From positions 558,001-622,000 of the forward strand of contig OZ218951.1 in assembly GCA_965112735.1 (NCBI GenBank): 64,000 nt of DNA. Reading direction: 5' to 3'. A program made the position numbers and the translations under genes. Of this stretch, positions 11,700 to 23,325 are shown piece after piece. How positions within the stretch are numbered: position 1 is the stretch's first letter; each line of letters opens with the position of its first letter. The stretch comes from Phaeosaccion multiseriatum (lineage: Eukaryota; Protista; Ochrophyta, other classes). A model generated the notes under the pieces. It ran no database searches. It was not told the DNA's origin and saw only the letters and a program-made list of their open reading frames with translations.

Positions 11700-14600
11700 A
11701 TGAGCAGTGCTTCTGGTGTACCCGATGGCCGGCCCATGGAGGATAACAACGTGCCTAGATTCAGGGGGGCTGCTGGCAACCCTGAAGGGGGAGGACGAGG
11801 GACCATCTCGCCGCTGCCGAACGGCGAGCGTCCCACCACATTAGCGGGAGATGCCCAGCAGGTAACAAGCTACGGAATGATGAGCGAGCGTAGTACGAAT
11901 AATGGGATCACGGTATAGTATAGCTAGACAGAGGCAGTGACTGGCTCGCTCCTCGCTCGGCCGGCCGTGCCCCGCCCAAGAAAAAAATCCATCACATCGC
12001 CCCTCCCTCATCCCGACCAGCTGCGTTGCCTCCCTCCCTGCCTCGCTCCTCGTCGCTGTGCTCCCTCTGCTTGTTTCTCTCCCTTCAAGCAGGAGAAGTC
12101 GATTCTTCGCTACTTCATCACACAAAAAGTAAGTGTAAGTGCGCCACTCCTCTGCGGCAGGCAAGGCAGGAGTGACAACAGCAGATGGGGCGGGCGGGGC
12201 GGGCACCGCGTGTGGTGGCAGCAGCAACAGCAGCAGAAGAAGATGCAGAAGGAGAAGGAGAGTTTATTTCTAAAGTCATGCACCCCCGACCCCTTCTTGT
12301 GCCCACGGCCTGCCTGCTTTGCCAGTCCAACAGGACCGCCAAGCTGTGGGAAAACTTGGACAAGAATAATGATGGAGAAGTTGACGAAGAAGAGCTCATG
12401 GACTTCCTCGTCTCCGAGAATCAGACCCGGGCCAACGACAAGCTCTTCAGACGCATCATCATGACGCTCGTCGCGCTTATCGTCCTCACCGTCCTCGCCA
12501 TCTCTGGGCTCTCTTTCGTGGCTCTCAACTTGACCAGGAAGATCGACACCTCTTCGGACGGCCGCCTGGTATCCAAGGATGGAAGCACCACCCTGGTCAC
12601 AGCTCTGACAGCCGTGGATCTGTCTGCCAGTGACGTGGAATTTATCGGAGGAAATGACCGCCGTCGGCGCCGTAGGATGATTGATGTGGATACACTTGAT
12701 GGCCGCCGGCCCTCCCTCTCGGATCTGCAAAACCAGGGCGGCTGCATCGGCAAGCACTCCTGCTCCATGCTGCAAAGCTTCACCACGCACCTCGTGAAGC
12801 AGCACGACGCCGAGGTACGGTTACTGCAACTAGTCCTAGTCCTCGTCTGCTCCTTCGGACTCCTTCTTCCTTCTCAACCATCTTTTCTACCTTAGCTAGA
12901 CTAGCTATCTCCGTCTGCCTCCCTTGCCTGCCACTGAGTGTCTGCCATGGCTGTTTCCCACTACCTTCAGGTCGCCGCGGACAAAGAGGGGCAGGTTTCC
13001 CCCAACGAGACGGTCAAGGGGCGCGGAAGGAGGAGTCTCATCAGCGGGGCCCTCCATGTGAAACACCTCGGGCAGCATGTCAACACGACCGTGAGAAGGC
13101 TGCAGACCGCCGCTTTCGCTGAAGTGCCCCGCGCCAAACTCATGCAGGCGTCCCACGCCCTCGTGGATGGGAGCCCTTCCTCCACCGTCCCCGTCCTCTT
13201 TGAGATGAAGGGGGTAGAGTTCATGGGCCAGCCACGCCACGTTCAGTGCGTGCGCCATCGACCTGAGCGAGGAGGCTGCGGATGACGAGGACCCCATCAC
13301 CCTTCTCAGAGACTACATTGCGCTCGACACGGAGGCGGCCAACAACTATGGTGCGCGCGTGTTTGGGGAGGGCTGCTGGGTGTGTGCATGTGTGGGCTGG
13401 GGGCGGAAACAAGAGAGAAAGTATATGGCTGTGCCGGACTGCATAGCGCTAGTGAGAGGGCCTGTGACGTGTAGGTTGGTTCGGCACCTTCGTTTCTTCG
13501 CCTCCGTCCAGCCAAGCCTGCCTTCTTCCTTATCGTTCATTCCCTCTTTCCCTCCCTCCCTCCCCTCTCGTGATGAATCAAACCATGAAGGTTTTTCGTG
13601 CGTGGGTACGTTCTCGACTGGTCTAGCCGACACCATGCAGGACGTCGCCGGTTCTGTAATTTGCATGGACGGCGAGGCAACTTGCACTGTCGGCATTCTT
13701 CAAGGCGAGGACGTCGAGTCGCCAACAACGGACGACGAGGCTCGACGACTCTTTGGATCGGGGAAAGACTATTGCCGAAATGCAGACCACTCCGTGTGCA
13801 AAGGCACCAACTTCAGTGGTATCCCCACGAATTGGTGCCTCTGGGAACCGCCGTCCGCTTTAAACTTGGGGCTCGGCTATGGGGAGTGTGTCCAGTGTCT
13901 CAAGAGGGAGCACTGCGGGGGGGGGTGACGCCTGCCAATCCTATCGTTGCCATCGACCCGACTGCGCCACTGCTGATGACTGTAAAGTAGACGATGCGGT
14001 CTGCGTGTATGAAACTGGTATGTGTGATCCTGAGTGCTTCCCAGCGGAGGCTTCCGTGCGCCTCTCAGACGGGCGAACCGTCAGAATGGAGGAGCTCGAG
14101 GTGGGGGATGAGGTGGAGACCAAGCCCGAGCAATTCGAGCCCGTCATCTTCTTCGCCACGAAGCACCAAGTGAGTGCGTGTCATGAGCACGATGTAAGAG
14201 TGTGAGATGGGGGCGGCGGTGGAGCAGGAAGGCAGCATGAAGGAGCGAGACAGTCACGATTGCTTGCTTGTGCCGCTGGGCTGGGAGGGAAGGGGCGGCG
14301 GCCTCTTGAATGCTCAGCGCGCTCCACCCTGACCTGGTCCTTCTCCCTCTTCCACCCATGTCGTTCTTACACAGGCGCCTGGTGCTGATCGAGGCGGCGG
14401 CAGCTCCTTTAAAGCCATCTCCACCGAGCGAGGCTGCACACTTCGCCTCACCGAAGGCCACCTTGTGCTGCATGGACAGGATGTGAGTGCGTGCGTGCGT
14501 GCGTGCGTGCGTGATCCGTAGCTACCCAACAACCCTCTCTGTCTATTCTCCTACCCCTCCCTCGTAAAGACTAGTGGCATTTTGTTATCCGCCTCGCTTC

Positions 14601-15448
14601 CCTTCTTACTCCTCTCCCCTCCCTCCCTCCTTCCGCCCCGCCATGCCCTTTGCTTGCTGACGAAGCAGCAGAAGCTCAAGAGAGCTGGTGACGTGGTGAC
14701 CGGCGATGTTGTCGTGTGCCGCGGCGAGGAAGATCAAGTCGTCTCTGTTGCCGATGTCTTCCTACTCGGGGGTATGTCAGCTCCGGTGAGTGATGGAATG
14801 TGGCTGGCCCTTGCTCGTTCCGACTCTGCCTGACTGAACACCCAAGCACGTCCTGGCTCTGAAGTGCTTGGCTGACTGAATCAGCATCAACATTGCTTGC
14901 GTGTTGTTACCCCTTGAGTTGCAGTCAATCCGGGCGGAGTGCTCATTGTCAGCAGACCAGAATTCTTCCTTCCCTCACTTCCTTGCTTCCTCACTCATTC
15001 CCTCCCTCACGGACGCGCTCACACCCCACACCCGCCGGATTGATGCTCCTCTCTTGCTCGGCCTCGACTTGTCGCTTTCCTCCATGGGCATCACCCGATT
15101 GCTTCCTCTCTCGCTCGACCTCGACTTCCCTCCTTCCTCCCTCCCCCTTCTTCCCTCACACTGAACGGAACTTATCGCCTGCAGCGCACTTCAAGCGGCA
15201 CCATCGTGGTGGACGGCGTCATGGCGAGCTGCTACACAGACACGCTCCACCCCACCCCCGCCCACTGGGCCGTCCAAGTCATCGCCCTGCTTCAGCGGAT
15301 GGCGCCGGAGCTCGTCAACGACATCACTGATCGCCACCACCCGGAGACGGGTGAGATCTCGTTGGTGCATGCCATCCGCACACGCATGCCTTGGCTGCTG
15401 TCGGGTGCTGTGGGGGCTGCAGGCTGGATTGGAGGAGCCCTCGGGTAG
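11700..15448 (+). CDS. EF-hand + transmembrane + Cys-rich protein with a C-terminal Hedgehog-type Hog (Hint + SRR-like) autoprocessing domain; two apparent frameshifts
   Basis: EF-hand loop DKNNDGEVDEEEL; TM helix IIMTLVALIVLTVLAISGLSFVAL; Cys-rich segment. Hint starts at 14035: CFPAEASVRLSDGRTVRMEELEVGDEV..FEPVIFF, block B LRLTEGHLV, KRAGDVVTGDVV, then APRTSSGTIVVDGVMASCY and an SRR-like HPTPAHW. Introns are GT-AG. The frame breaks at about 13225 and at the G9 run 13917-13925. Confidence 0.85.
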
Positions 15449-15992
15449 GAGCAGTAGAGCGGTGGGTGGGAGTGGGGACTTGAAATACTCAACTCGATAT
15501 CATCGATTGATGAGATGGAGCGCAAGTGGACAATCATGGATAGTGATTCGGCTTTTAGAAGTAGCAAAAATAAAATACTTATAAATAAAATAAGCATTAT
15601 ATGTGGCACCAAGGAGGGCTAAGGATGTACATACATCATTATTGTGCCCCCGTGCCCAAGAGATCGAAAAAGGAGCCCCTCGTGCATCCATTAATGACAT
15701 ATTTTCCAAAACGGCCACATTCGTCCGTGTAGGAAAGGTTCAAACGCACAACAAAAAAACCCATCAAGGAGCAGCAGTGTCAACAAGGAAGTCCCCAACA
15801 GTACGGATAATCTCCTGCAAACTCTACGTGCTTTCTTTCGCGGACCTTGCTGCGTCAGCGAAGGCCGAGGCTCTTTCGGGAGAAAATCCCGTTGGGCCAT
15901 CTCGTAGTAGGCAGGCCCTAGAAAGGTCCTTCTTGGTGGGAAGGAGGAGGGAAGCACACGTCAGTGGAGCGGCAGAAGAAGCAGTAGTAGCC

Positions 15993-17457
15993 ATGGAGGA
16001 AGCATACCGGAGGAGGGGGGAGGAAGAGGAGGATGGCAGCTGCACAGGGTCGGTAGAAGAGGAGGATCAGCTGACCGGAGGGGCCACGGTGCGCCAAGGC
16101 AGAAGGCGGTCTTGCATCAACTCCCAGCTGGCAAGGGCGGCTTTGAGCTTGGAGGTGCTCCTCGCGGGGAGGCATCGGAAGCGCCTACGCAGTGGGTGGA
16201 ACGTTTGGTGAGTGCAGAACGAGGCAGGAGGCAGGGTGCAGTTGTGCCGCGCGAGAGGGAAGAGATTATGAGTGGGAGCAGTAGTGAACGCTGCGGTATA
16301 TGCCAGTGATTGCGTGACTTGAGTGATGGACGGTAGAAGGCTTGGGCCTCGATGCGTGGTGATGTCCCCGAGGGGAGAGTGTGAGTGAATTGAAAGGAGA
16401 GAAAGGGGGAGGTGAGAGAAGAATTATAGAGAGGAAATGGAGGGAGGAGGAAAATTGGTTGGGGATGTAGCTCCCCCCGTGTCTCCTTCTTACTCCCCCG
16501 TTCCTCTCCCTCCTCCTCCTTCCTCTCTCTCTCTCTCTCTCTCTCTGTCTGTCTTCTCTCTGTCCGTGTGGGCCAGGTGCGAGCATGTCCGACAGTACAA
16601 CGAGCCCCGCATGTTGGAGGACCGGCAGCGCTGGGTCATGCACGCCGTCGCCAACTCCACCAACGATCTCCAGGCGTGGTACCATAGCGTCTTCTACCGA
16701 GAGGTGAGCTGTATCATACAACGCACACTTCAGAGTCAAGTTCAGAGTGAAGATTTGTATATATACAGTACGTATATACAGTGTATGTGTGTGGTGGCAG
16801 GGATGGGTTTATTATCGGGAAACAAAAGAGAGCAGTGCAGATGGTGCGAGAGCAGATTGCATAGCACCAACAGCAGAGCGACAAGTGATGGAGAGAGAGA
16901 AAGAGCTCTCTGCTGCGCGAACGCTTCGCTCTTGTCGTCGCCTGCAGCTTCTGCCTTTCCTCAGCAGCGGACCACCTCTCCCTCCCTGCCTCCTCCCCGT
17001 CTTCCTCTGCCCCCGTCTTCGGCGGCGGCAGGTCTATCGCCTCAGGGGCCATTTTTGGTTTAAGGATGCGTGCCTACCGCGCTACAGCAAGAGCTACAGA
17101 CTCAGCCAGGGAGGAGCCCTGTCTCCCATGGAGAAGGTGCGTGTTGGCTGCCATCCCATACCACTGCTCCCTCGCTCTCTTCTCCCTCTCTCTCTCTCTC
17201 TAGCCCGAGGCCCTTATCGCTGCTGCTGCTGCTCTCCCTGCTGCTGCCCTTGCACTTGTGCCTTTTGTCCCCGTCTCCCGGCCAGGCGGTTCTGGGGGGA
17301 GTGCTGTGCTCAAAGGCCACCACCTACACCGATGTGCAGCAGCACATGTACACGGCGGAGGGCGTGCTGGATGGACGCGAGTACAGTCTTTTCGCCAAGC
17401 TCACGCGCGTCGACGTGCCCGTAGAGCGGGTACCCTCAAGCAGTAGCAGTAGCAGCG

Positions 17458-17488
<31 letters not shown>

Positions 17489-18470
17489 TAAGGGAGGGAG
17501 GAAAGCCCCGTCGTACCGGGACTTTCGCCTGTCCTTTGTAGGGCCCAGCATGTTCCTCACTTGGAAGGGGCGGCAGGGCACGAGCGGGGTGAACTTGGCG
17601 GACGTCATCGAGGTGCGCAGGGGCCTCAACACAAGCAATGGCAAGCCGCACAAGCGCCGGAACAGCAGGGACGGGCAGCAACAGGACCAGCAGCCCAGGG
17701 TGAGGTTCGGAGGAGAACGGGGAAGTGTAGTTGCATTCAGGGTGGGATGGTGGTTGGGGATGGTGTGCGTGTTGACGCTGCGGCATACGGCCAAACGTAC
17801 GTCCGTACGTCCGTCTGTCTGTCCGTCCCAAACTCGTGCGATAGCACGCTCGAGACTCACGAGAGCATCCTTTTCCTGCCCCCACCTCTCTGCTATCACC
17901 CACACTATCCGAACGCAGGACAAGGAGGAGGAGCAGTACTGGAAGTCTCTGCCAAAGAGGTGTCTGTCGCTCATCCTGCCTGCCTCTCGCAGCCGCTCTC
18001 TGGACCTGTGCCTAGTTGACGAGAATGAGCGCGACTCTTGGTGTGCCATGCTGAGAGTGCTGGTGGCGCTCGAGCAGGGAAAGCCCATCCCGGGGGGGGC
18101 GAGGGCGGAGGAGGAGGAGCAGCAGCAGCAGCAGCAAGAAGAGCAAGAAGAGGCGCAGTCGTCCAAGAAACAGCAGAGGGGGTTGCGAGAAGCAAGGGCT
18201 GGCGAGGAGGGGCAGGAACAGCAGAAGCCGCCGGAGCAGCAGCAGAGGAAGACCAACAACAACAGCAGCATCGGAGCGGGCCTCAGCTCGCAGACAGTCG
18301 GGCGAAAGTCCAGTGCCCAGCGGATGGCAAAGCTCCTCGACAGCGACATGTCCTCCGCCCAGCAGCAGCAGCAGCAGCCGCAGCCGCAGCCGCAGCAGGA
18401 GGTGCCGAGCAGGCGGGGCGACCCTCTCGTTGACTCGGTGCTGTGCTTCGCCACCGGACACGGCTACTGA
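15993..18470 (+). CDS. PH-domain protein (PLC/Mcp5-like PH), 5 exons
   Basis: Spliced product contains FRLSFVGPSMFLTWKGRQGTSGVNLADVIEVRRG...RCLSLILPASRSRSLDLCLVDENERDSWCAMLRVLV, typical of PLC-type PH domains, followed by a Gln-rich tail. Confidence 0.7.
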
Positions 18471-19259
18471 GGCAGTCAGTGACTGTCACTAGGGCCAGTA
18501 GGCAACGACCAGAGTGCAATGGTTTGGGACTAGTCTGAATCATCTGCCTTGGGGGGGGCAAGTCCGCGCCCTACTGGGAGGGAGAGTTGAGATTCCAACG
18601 GCCCACCAATCAAAGTAATCGAGTTCATTTTTTCTGTGCTTCAAATTATCCGGCCGTCCCCCCCCCCCTCCTCCCTCACGCCCCAACCTTCCCCTCTGGT
18701 CCTGCCTCATCCCCCCCACACACACTCTCCTTGACGGCCCAGTTCAGTTCAGTGTGGTCTCTAGTCTCGCTCTCTCACGATTTGTGATCCAATCTGTTGC
18801 TGGAGGAGGGCACGGCAGCAGCCGCATGGTATGATGAGTCGAGGGCAAGGCTCCGCCCCCCCCTTTGCCGGTGGCACTTTTTTTGTCAAAACTGATACGC
18901 CGCACATGTGCGTGGAGTCCAAAAGAGCAACAATCCGACGCCGAACACATCAACTCCTGTATCGCGTGCCGGAGATTTCTGTCTGCCAATTCGCGGCAGG
19001 CAGGCTTCAGAGGCAGCAGTCACCCAGGAGGGGAGAATACAGCACCGCTTCCATAGGCGGAAAACATCGATATCGAACCGATGCCCTCCTTCTTTGCCCC
19101 TCCCCACCGACTGCTGCTGCGTGCATCTGCTGCCCTTCGAACCCACGCCCCAAACTGCTGCTGAATCACCAACTGCTGCTGCTGCTGCTGCTGCTGCTGC
19201 TACTGCTATGCCCTTTTGACCCATGCCATGCTTGCGCTTTGGTCCGCTCCGTGGCCTGC

Positions 19260-22200
19260 TCACGAGTTCTGGCACTGCACCCTCTGTCCACCCGGCCCAT
19301 CCTCATCTTCGTCTTCGTAGCCCCTGGAGCCCGCCGCCGAGTCGCTCTGCCCGAACTGCCTGAGGTCCACCTCCTCCAGGATGCAAGGCTCTTCCTCCCC
19401 ATCCAGGGCGGGCACGGGCCGCGAGGGCAGGACCTTGGCGATTGCAGCCACGGTCGCCGCGTCGAGCGTCTCGGGGAAGTCCACCTGAAGGGGTGCATTG
19501 TGCGTGTGGGGATTGATCGGGTGGTATGCAGGGTGAGTTTGAGTCCATTGCGAGACACGGAACTAGACTCCACGCTCAACCCACCACAGCTGCTTACATG
19601 CACGAGTACATAACGAGTAGACCAACCAAGCAAGGTCACAAACGCGCTTCTTCGCCCCCACCGCAGCCTACCACTGACTGACGCACTGCCCTGACTGCCT
19701 GCCTGCTCTCACTGACTGACCTTGAAGAGGATGAAGAGGCGTCCCTTGACGAAGGGGTTTCCGTGATGGGGCATGCCCTCCCCCTCGATCATCTGCAGGT
19801 GGTCGTGTTTGGTAACGGCTCCGTCGGGCGATTTGCAGTGCAGCACTCGTCCGTCCATGTGAGGGATGACGAAGTCGAATCCACACAGCGACTGCCATTT
19901 GAGGAGGACAGGGGAGGCGAAAGGGACATGTGACGAAAATGCTGGGAGACAAGTGCCATAGGCCATTCCGCCCACCCAAACCCCGCACCTACCCTCAGCG
20001 TGCACCACACAAGACAAGGTAAGAAGACAACAAAAAACAGAGCTGCACTCCTCCGTCTTCCCCCTACTCTCCTCCTCCCCCTTGCACAGCAACACCACAC
20101 CACACGCACCTCCGCCAGAGTGATGGTCTTCTCCATGATGAGGTCCGCGCCCTTCCTCTTGAAGCTCTCGTGCTCCTTCTCCTGCACCACGAACACGACG
20201 TCGCCGGGCACCGTGCCCGGAGCCTCGTCCGCCTCTCCGTGGAAGGTGATCTTTTGTCCGTTCTTCATGCCCGGGGTGATGTTCACCTCCAGCACCTTTC
20301 GCTCCTTCACCACCTGATCAGTATCGAGCGCATTGATGGACAATGGCGGTGAGTACAAACATCAAGGGCATTGACAATGCTGGTATCGGGGCCACTTTGA
20401 GCATTGCCCCCACCCACCCACGCAACCCTACCCAAGCAGCAATGACTGTCTCAATGAGAGAGACAAGTGAGAGGGGGGGCGGGAAAGAGAGGGCCAGAGA
20501 GGGAGACTGAGAGATGGGAAGAGCCTCACCTTCTTGCCGACGCAGGTCTTGCAGCGATCCTTGGGGTTCATGACTTTGCCCTCCCCCTTGCAGGCCGAGC
20601 ACGTGCTCTGCATCTGCTGCACCATGCCGGGCCCGATCTGGCGGTACTGAACCTGACGAGTGAAAGAGAGGGGGGGGGGGGGGCAAGCGAGAGCAAAGAA
20701 GAAAGACGCTTAGGTTTGACCAATTCAGTTTTTGAGGGAGCTCGCTTGCTTCGCGTGCGCGAACGAGAGAGGCACGAGTGGAGAGAGAGAGAGAGAGAGC
20801 GATGTGTAACACCTCCTTGACTTCGTGGCTTCTCTCCAGATCCCTCCACCACCACCGCACCCCACAAACCCCCCCCACCCACCTGTACTCTGCGTCCCTG
20901 GCACGTGTCGCAGGTCTTCTCTGCGCCTTCCTTGCCTCCCCGGCCCTCGCACGGCGCGCACAGGATGTTGTGCGTGATGGCCAGGCGGCACGTCTTGCCG
21001 TTGTAGAGGTCTTCCAGAGAGACCTAAGCACACACGCACACACACAAACGGACGGGATAGAGCGGCGCAACGGAGGTGGAGGAGGGTGAGTGGGGCGAGT
21101 GCGTGCCAAAGAGAGGGACCACCAGCGAAGGCAAGCATGTGCCGAGGCGTGCACCTGTCGGACACACTCTCTCATCTGCACTCTGACTGTATCACCAACT
21201 GCTGTTGCTGCTCCATCGAACCCGCATACTGACCTTGAGGGGGTGTGTGAGGTTGTCTCCTCGCTTGGGTCCCGAGGGCCCCCTTCGCCCGCCTCCCCCG
21301 AAGAACATTGAGAAGATATCGTCTGCGCTGTGCCCGCCGCCCCCTCCCTCATCATTCACCCCGTCCTTGCCGTACTGGTCGTACGCCTTCCTCTTGTCGG
21401 GGTCGCTAGAGAGGGGGAAAGGCGTACGGGACGGGGAGGGAGCGGGTGAGGGAGGGACAACGAATCAAGTGTGTCTCGAGAACGACGCGAGAGCGAACGC
21501 ACGCCGGAGGTAGGCAGTATACACCAGGGCTGTACATCCCTAATCCCAGGTGCGAAGGCACAACAGATAGACGAGGGCTGGCCCTGAAGACCGCATATGG
21601 CACACACACACACGCGCGCGCGCGCACACACACACACACAGCCCATGAGGGAGGCGATGGTATGAGCTTGCTTGCTTCAAGCTTGCTCATGCGTACCGTA
21701 CCTCAGCACTTCGTAGGCGTGGGAGATTTCCTTGAACTTCTCGGGGTCTCCTCCCTTGTCCGGGTGGTTCTGAGAGGAGGGCAACATCGGTGGCGGAGTT
21801 GGATGGAGTGTGGGCATGGGGTGGGGTGGGTGGGCAGATTTTAAGTGAGAGGGCTCTCTGTGGCGTCAAAGGAGTTTGGGCCAACGGCCGAATATACGCG
21901 TCTCAATGCGGTTGGGGCAGTTCAGAGAAAACCACGACAAGACAGACAGGGCATTTTACTTGCGATCTCACAGCCTCAACACTACTTCTTCGTTCTTCCA
22001 TGGAGTTTGCGCCTTCACCCCCTTCTGGGAGGGGCTTCCCTAACGCGGGACACCCGAAGCTAAGCGTCATTCCTGGTCTGTTCTACGTCTGTTCCACGTC
22101 TATCGACTCCGGTCCGCCTAACGCCAAGACTCCTCCTCACCCCAACAACGTGTTTCGGGCTCCCTCCCAGGCTTTCACACACTTTCAGGCCACGCTTCAT

Positions 22201-22665
22201 TTTACTTTGCCTCCCCTCCCGCACTACACGCTCTGGCATAAGGAAAAAGGACTTCTCGCCCTGCCTGCCTGCCCACGGACCGTGCCAACCCCTACTGACG
22301 CTGCACCACTTCACACAACAGCTCATCTCCTCTCATTGCCTCACAACACAGTGAGCCCTGCATAGCTGTCTACACTTTGGCAAGTTAGAGGCGGGGAGAA
22401 GGAAAATCTGGAAGGCAGCGGAGAAGAGGAGAGAGAGGAGCCCTCAAAGGGGCGCAAACTACGCGGTAAGGCAACGGACCTTCAGAGCAAGCTTCCTGTA
22501 GGCCTTCTTGATGGCGGACTCATCGGCATCCTTGGCGACGCCCAGCAGGTCGTAGAACTCGTCATTGTCCACGGGGCCCTGCGGTCTCCTGCCCCCGCCG
22601 CCGCCGGGCATACCCCCCCCACCCCCCCCAGCAAAGTGCTCGAACGGGTCCCCGCCAAAGAACAT
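19260..22665 (-). CDS. DNAJA: Type-A (class I) DnaJ/Hsp40 co-chaperone, Ydj1/DNAJA family
   Basis: J domain (FYDLLGVAKDADESAIKKAYRKLALK|NHPDKGGDPEKFKEISHAYEVL), G/F region, CxxCxGxG zinc-finger repeats, C-terminal domain (VLEVNITPGMKNGQKITFHGEADEAPGTVPGDVVF, GEGMP..GRLFILF) and terminal CaaX motif CQNS*. Confidence 0.97.
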
Positions 22666-23114
22666 GGTTGCCTACTGATTCTTGACCTGAGGCTACTTAG
22701 CAGCTGCTACTGATACCCACTCCTTTCAGACCTCACGCGGAAGGTCGGGGTGAAACGAAGTCTTCAAAAGGATCTGAGTGGATACACAGGTCCTTCTGCT
22801 CGGTGGCGGGAGGCAGCAGCACACAGGGAGTCGCAGACGTGCAAATAAATGTTAGGTCATATCGCGGGTAGGGCGATGGAAGCAGCGCGGAGCTGTGGGT
22901 GGCCTTCGACCGGTGTTTTGAGTCTCACTGGCGGTGCGTCGGAGGTCACTTTCCCCCCGCCGTTTCGGCGCCCTGCAGCGCAACCACCCCCTGCCATTGC
23001 TCTCCGGCCCAGAGAGCCGCGATATCTCCCCCGTAATGTACCTGTGCTCGTTTGTCTTCCTCAGATAGCTGCAGCGTCTCCTCTTTTCTGGTTCGCGTCG
23101 CTGTGAACGCTGGA

Positions 23115-23129
23115 AGTCTAGAAATTTCC
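23115..23129 (-). promoter_or_regulatory. Possible heat-shock element upstream of DnaJ
   Basis: Minus strand reads gGAAa-tTTCt-aGACt (near-consensus inverted nGAAn array) about 450 bp upstream of the DnaJ ATG. Confidence 0.3.
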
Positions 23130-23325
23130 AAGGGGTTACGTTTCAGGCGTTGCACGTTTCGATCTCCTCGATTTTGTGGCTCGAGCTCAATTTTATAGCC
23201 TTTTTTTCAGCTGCTTTTTTTCTTCTTTTTTCTTTTTTTTGATCGCGGGTGAAAGACTACAATACATTGATTTTAGGTATAATATCATACTCGAGGAGTA
23301 GGAAGACGATAGAAGATGTAATGTA

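Noticed and set aside
14035-15448. Intein
   Set aside because: The Hint domain is C-terminal, lacks the His-Asn/Cys-Ser-Thr splice junction and an endonuclease, and has Hedgehog-type ASCY and SRR-like motifs.
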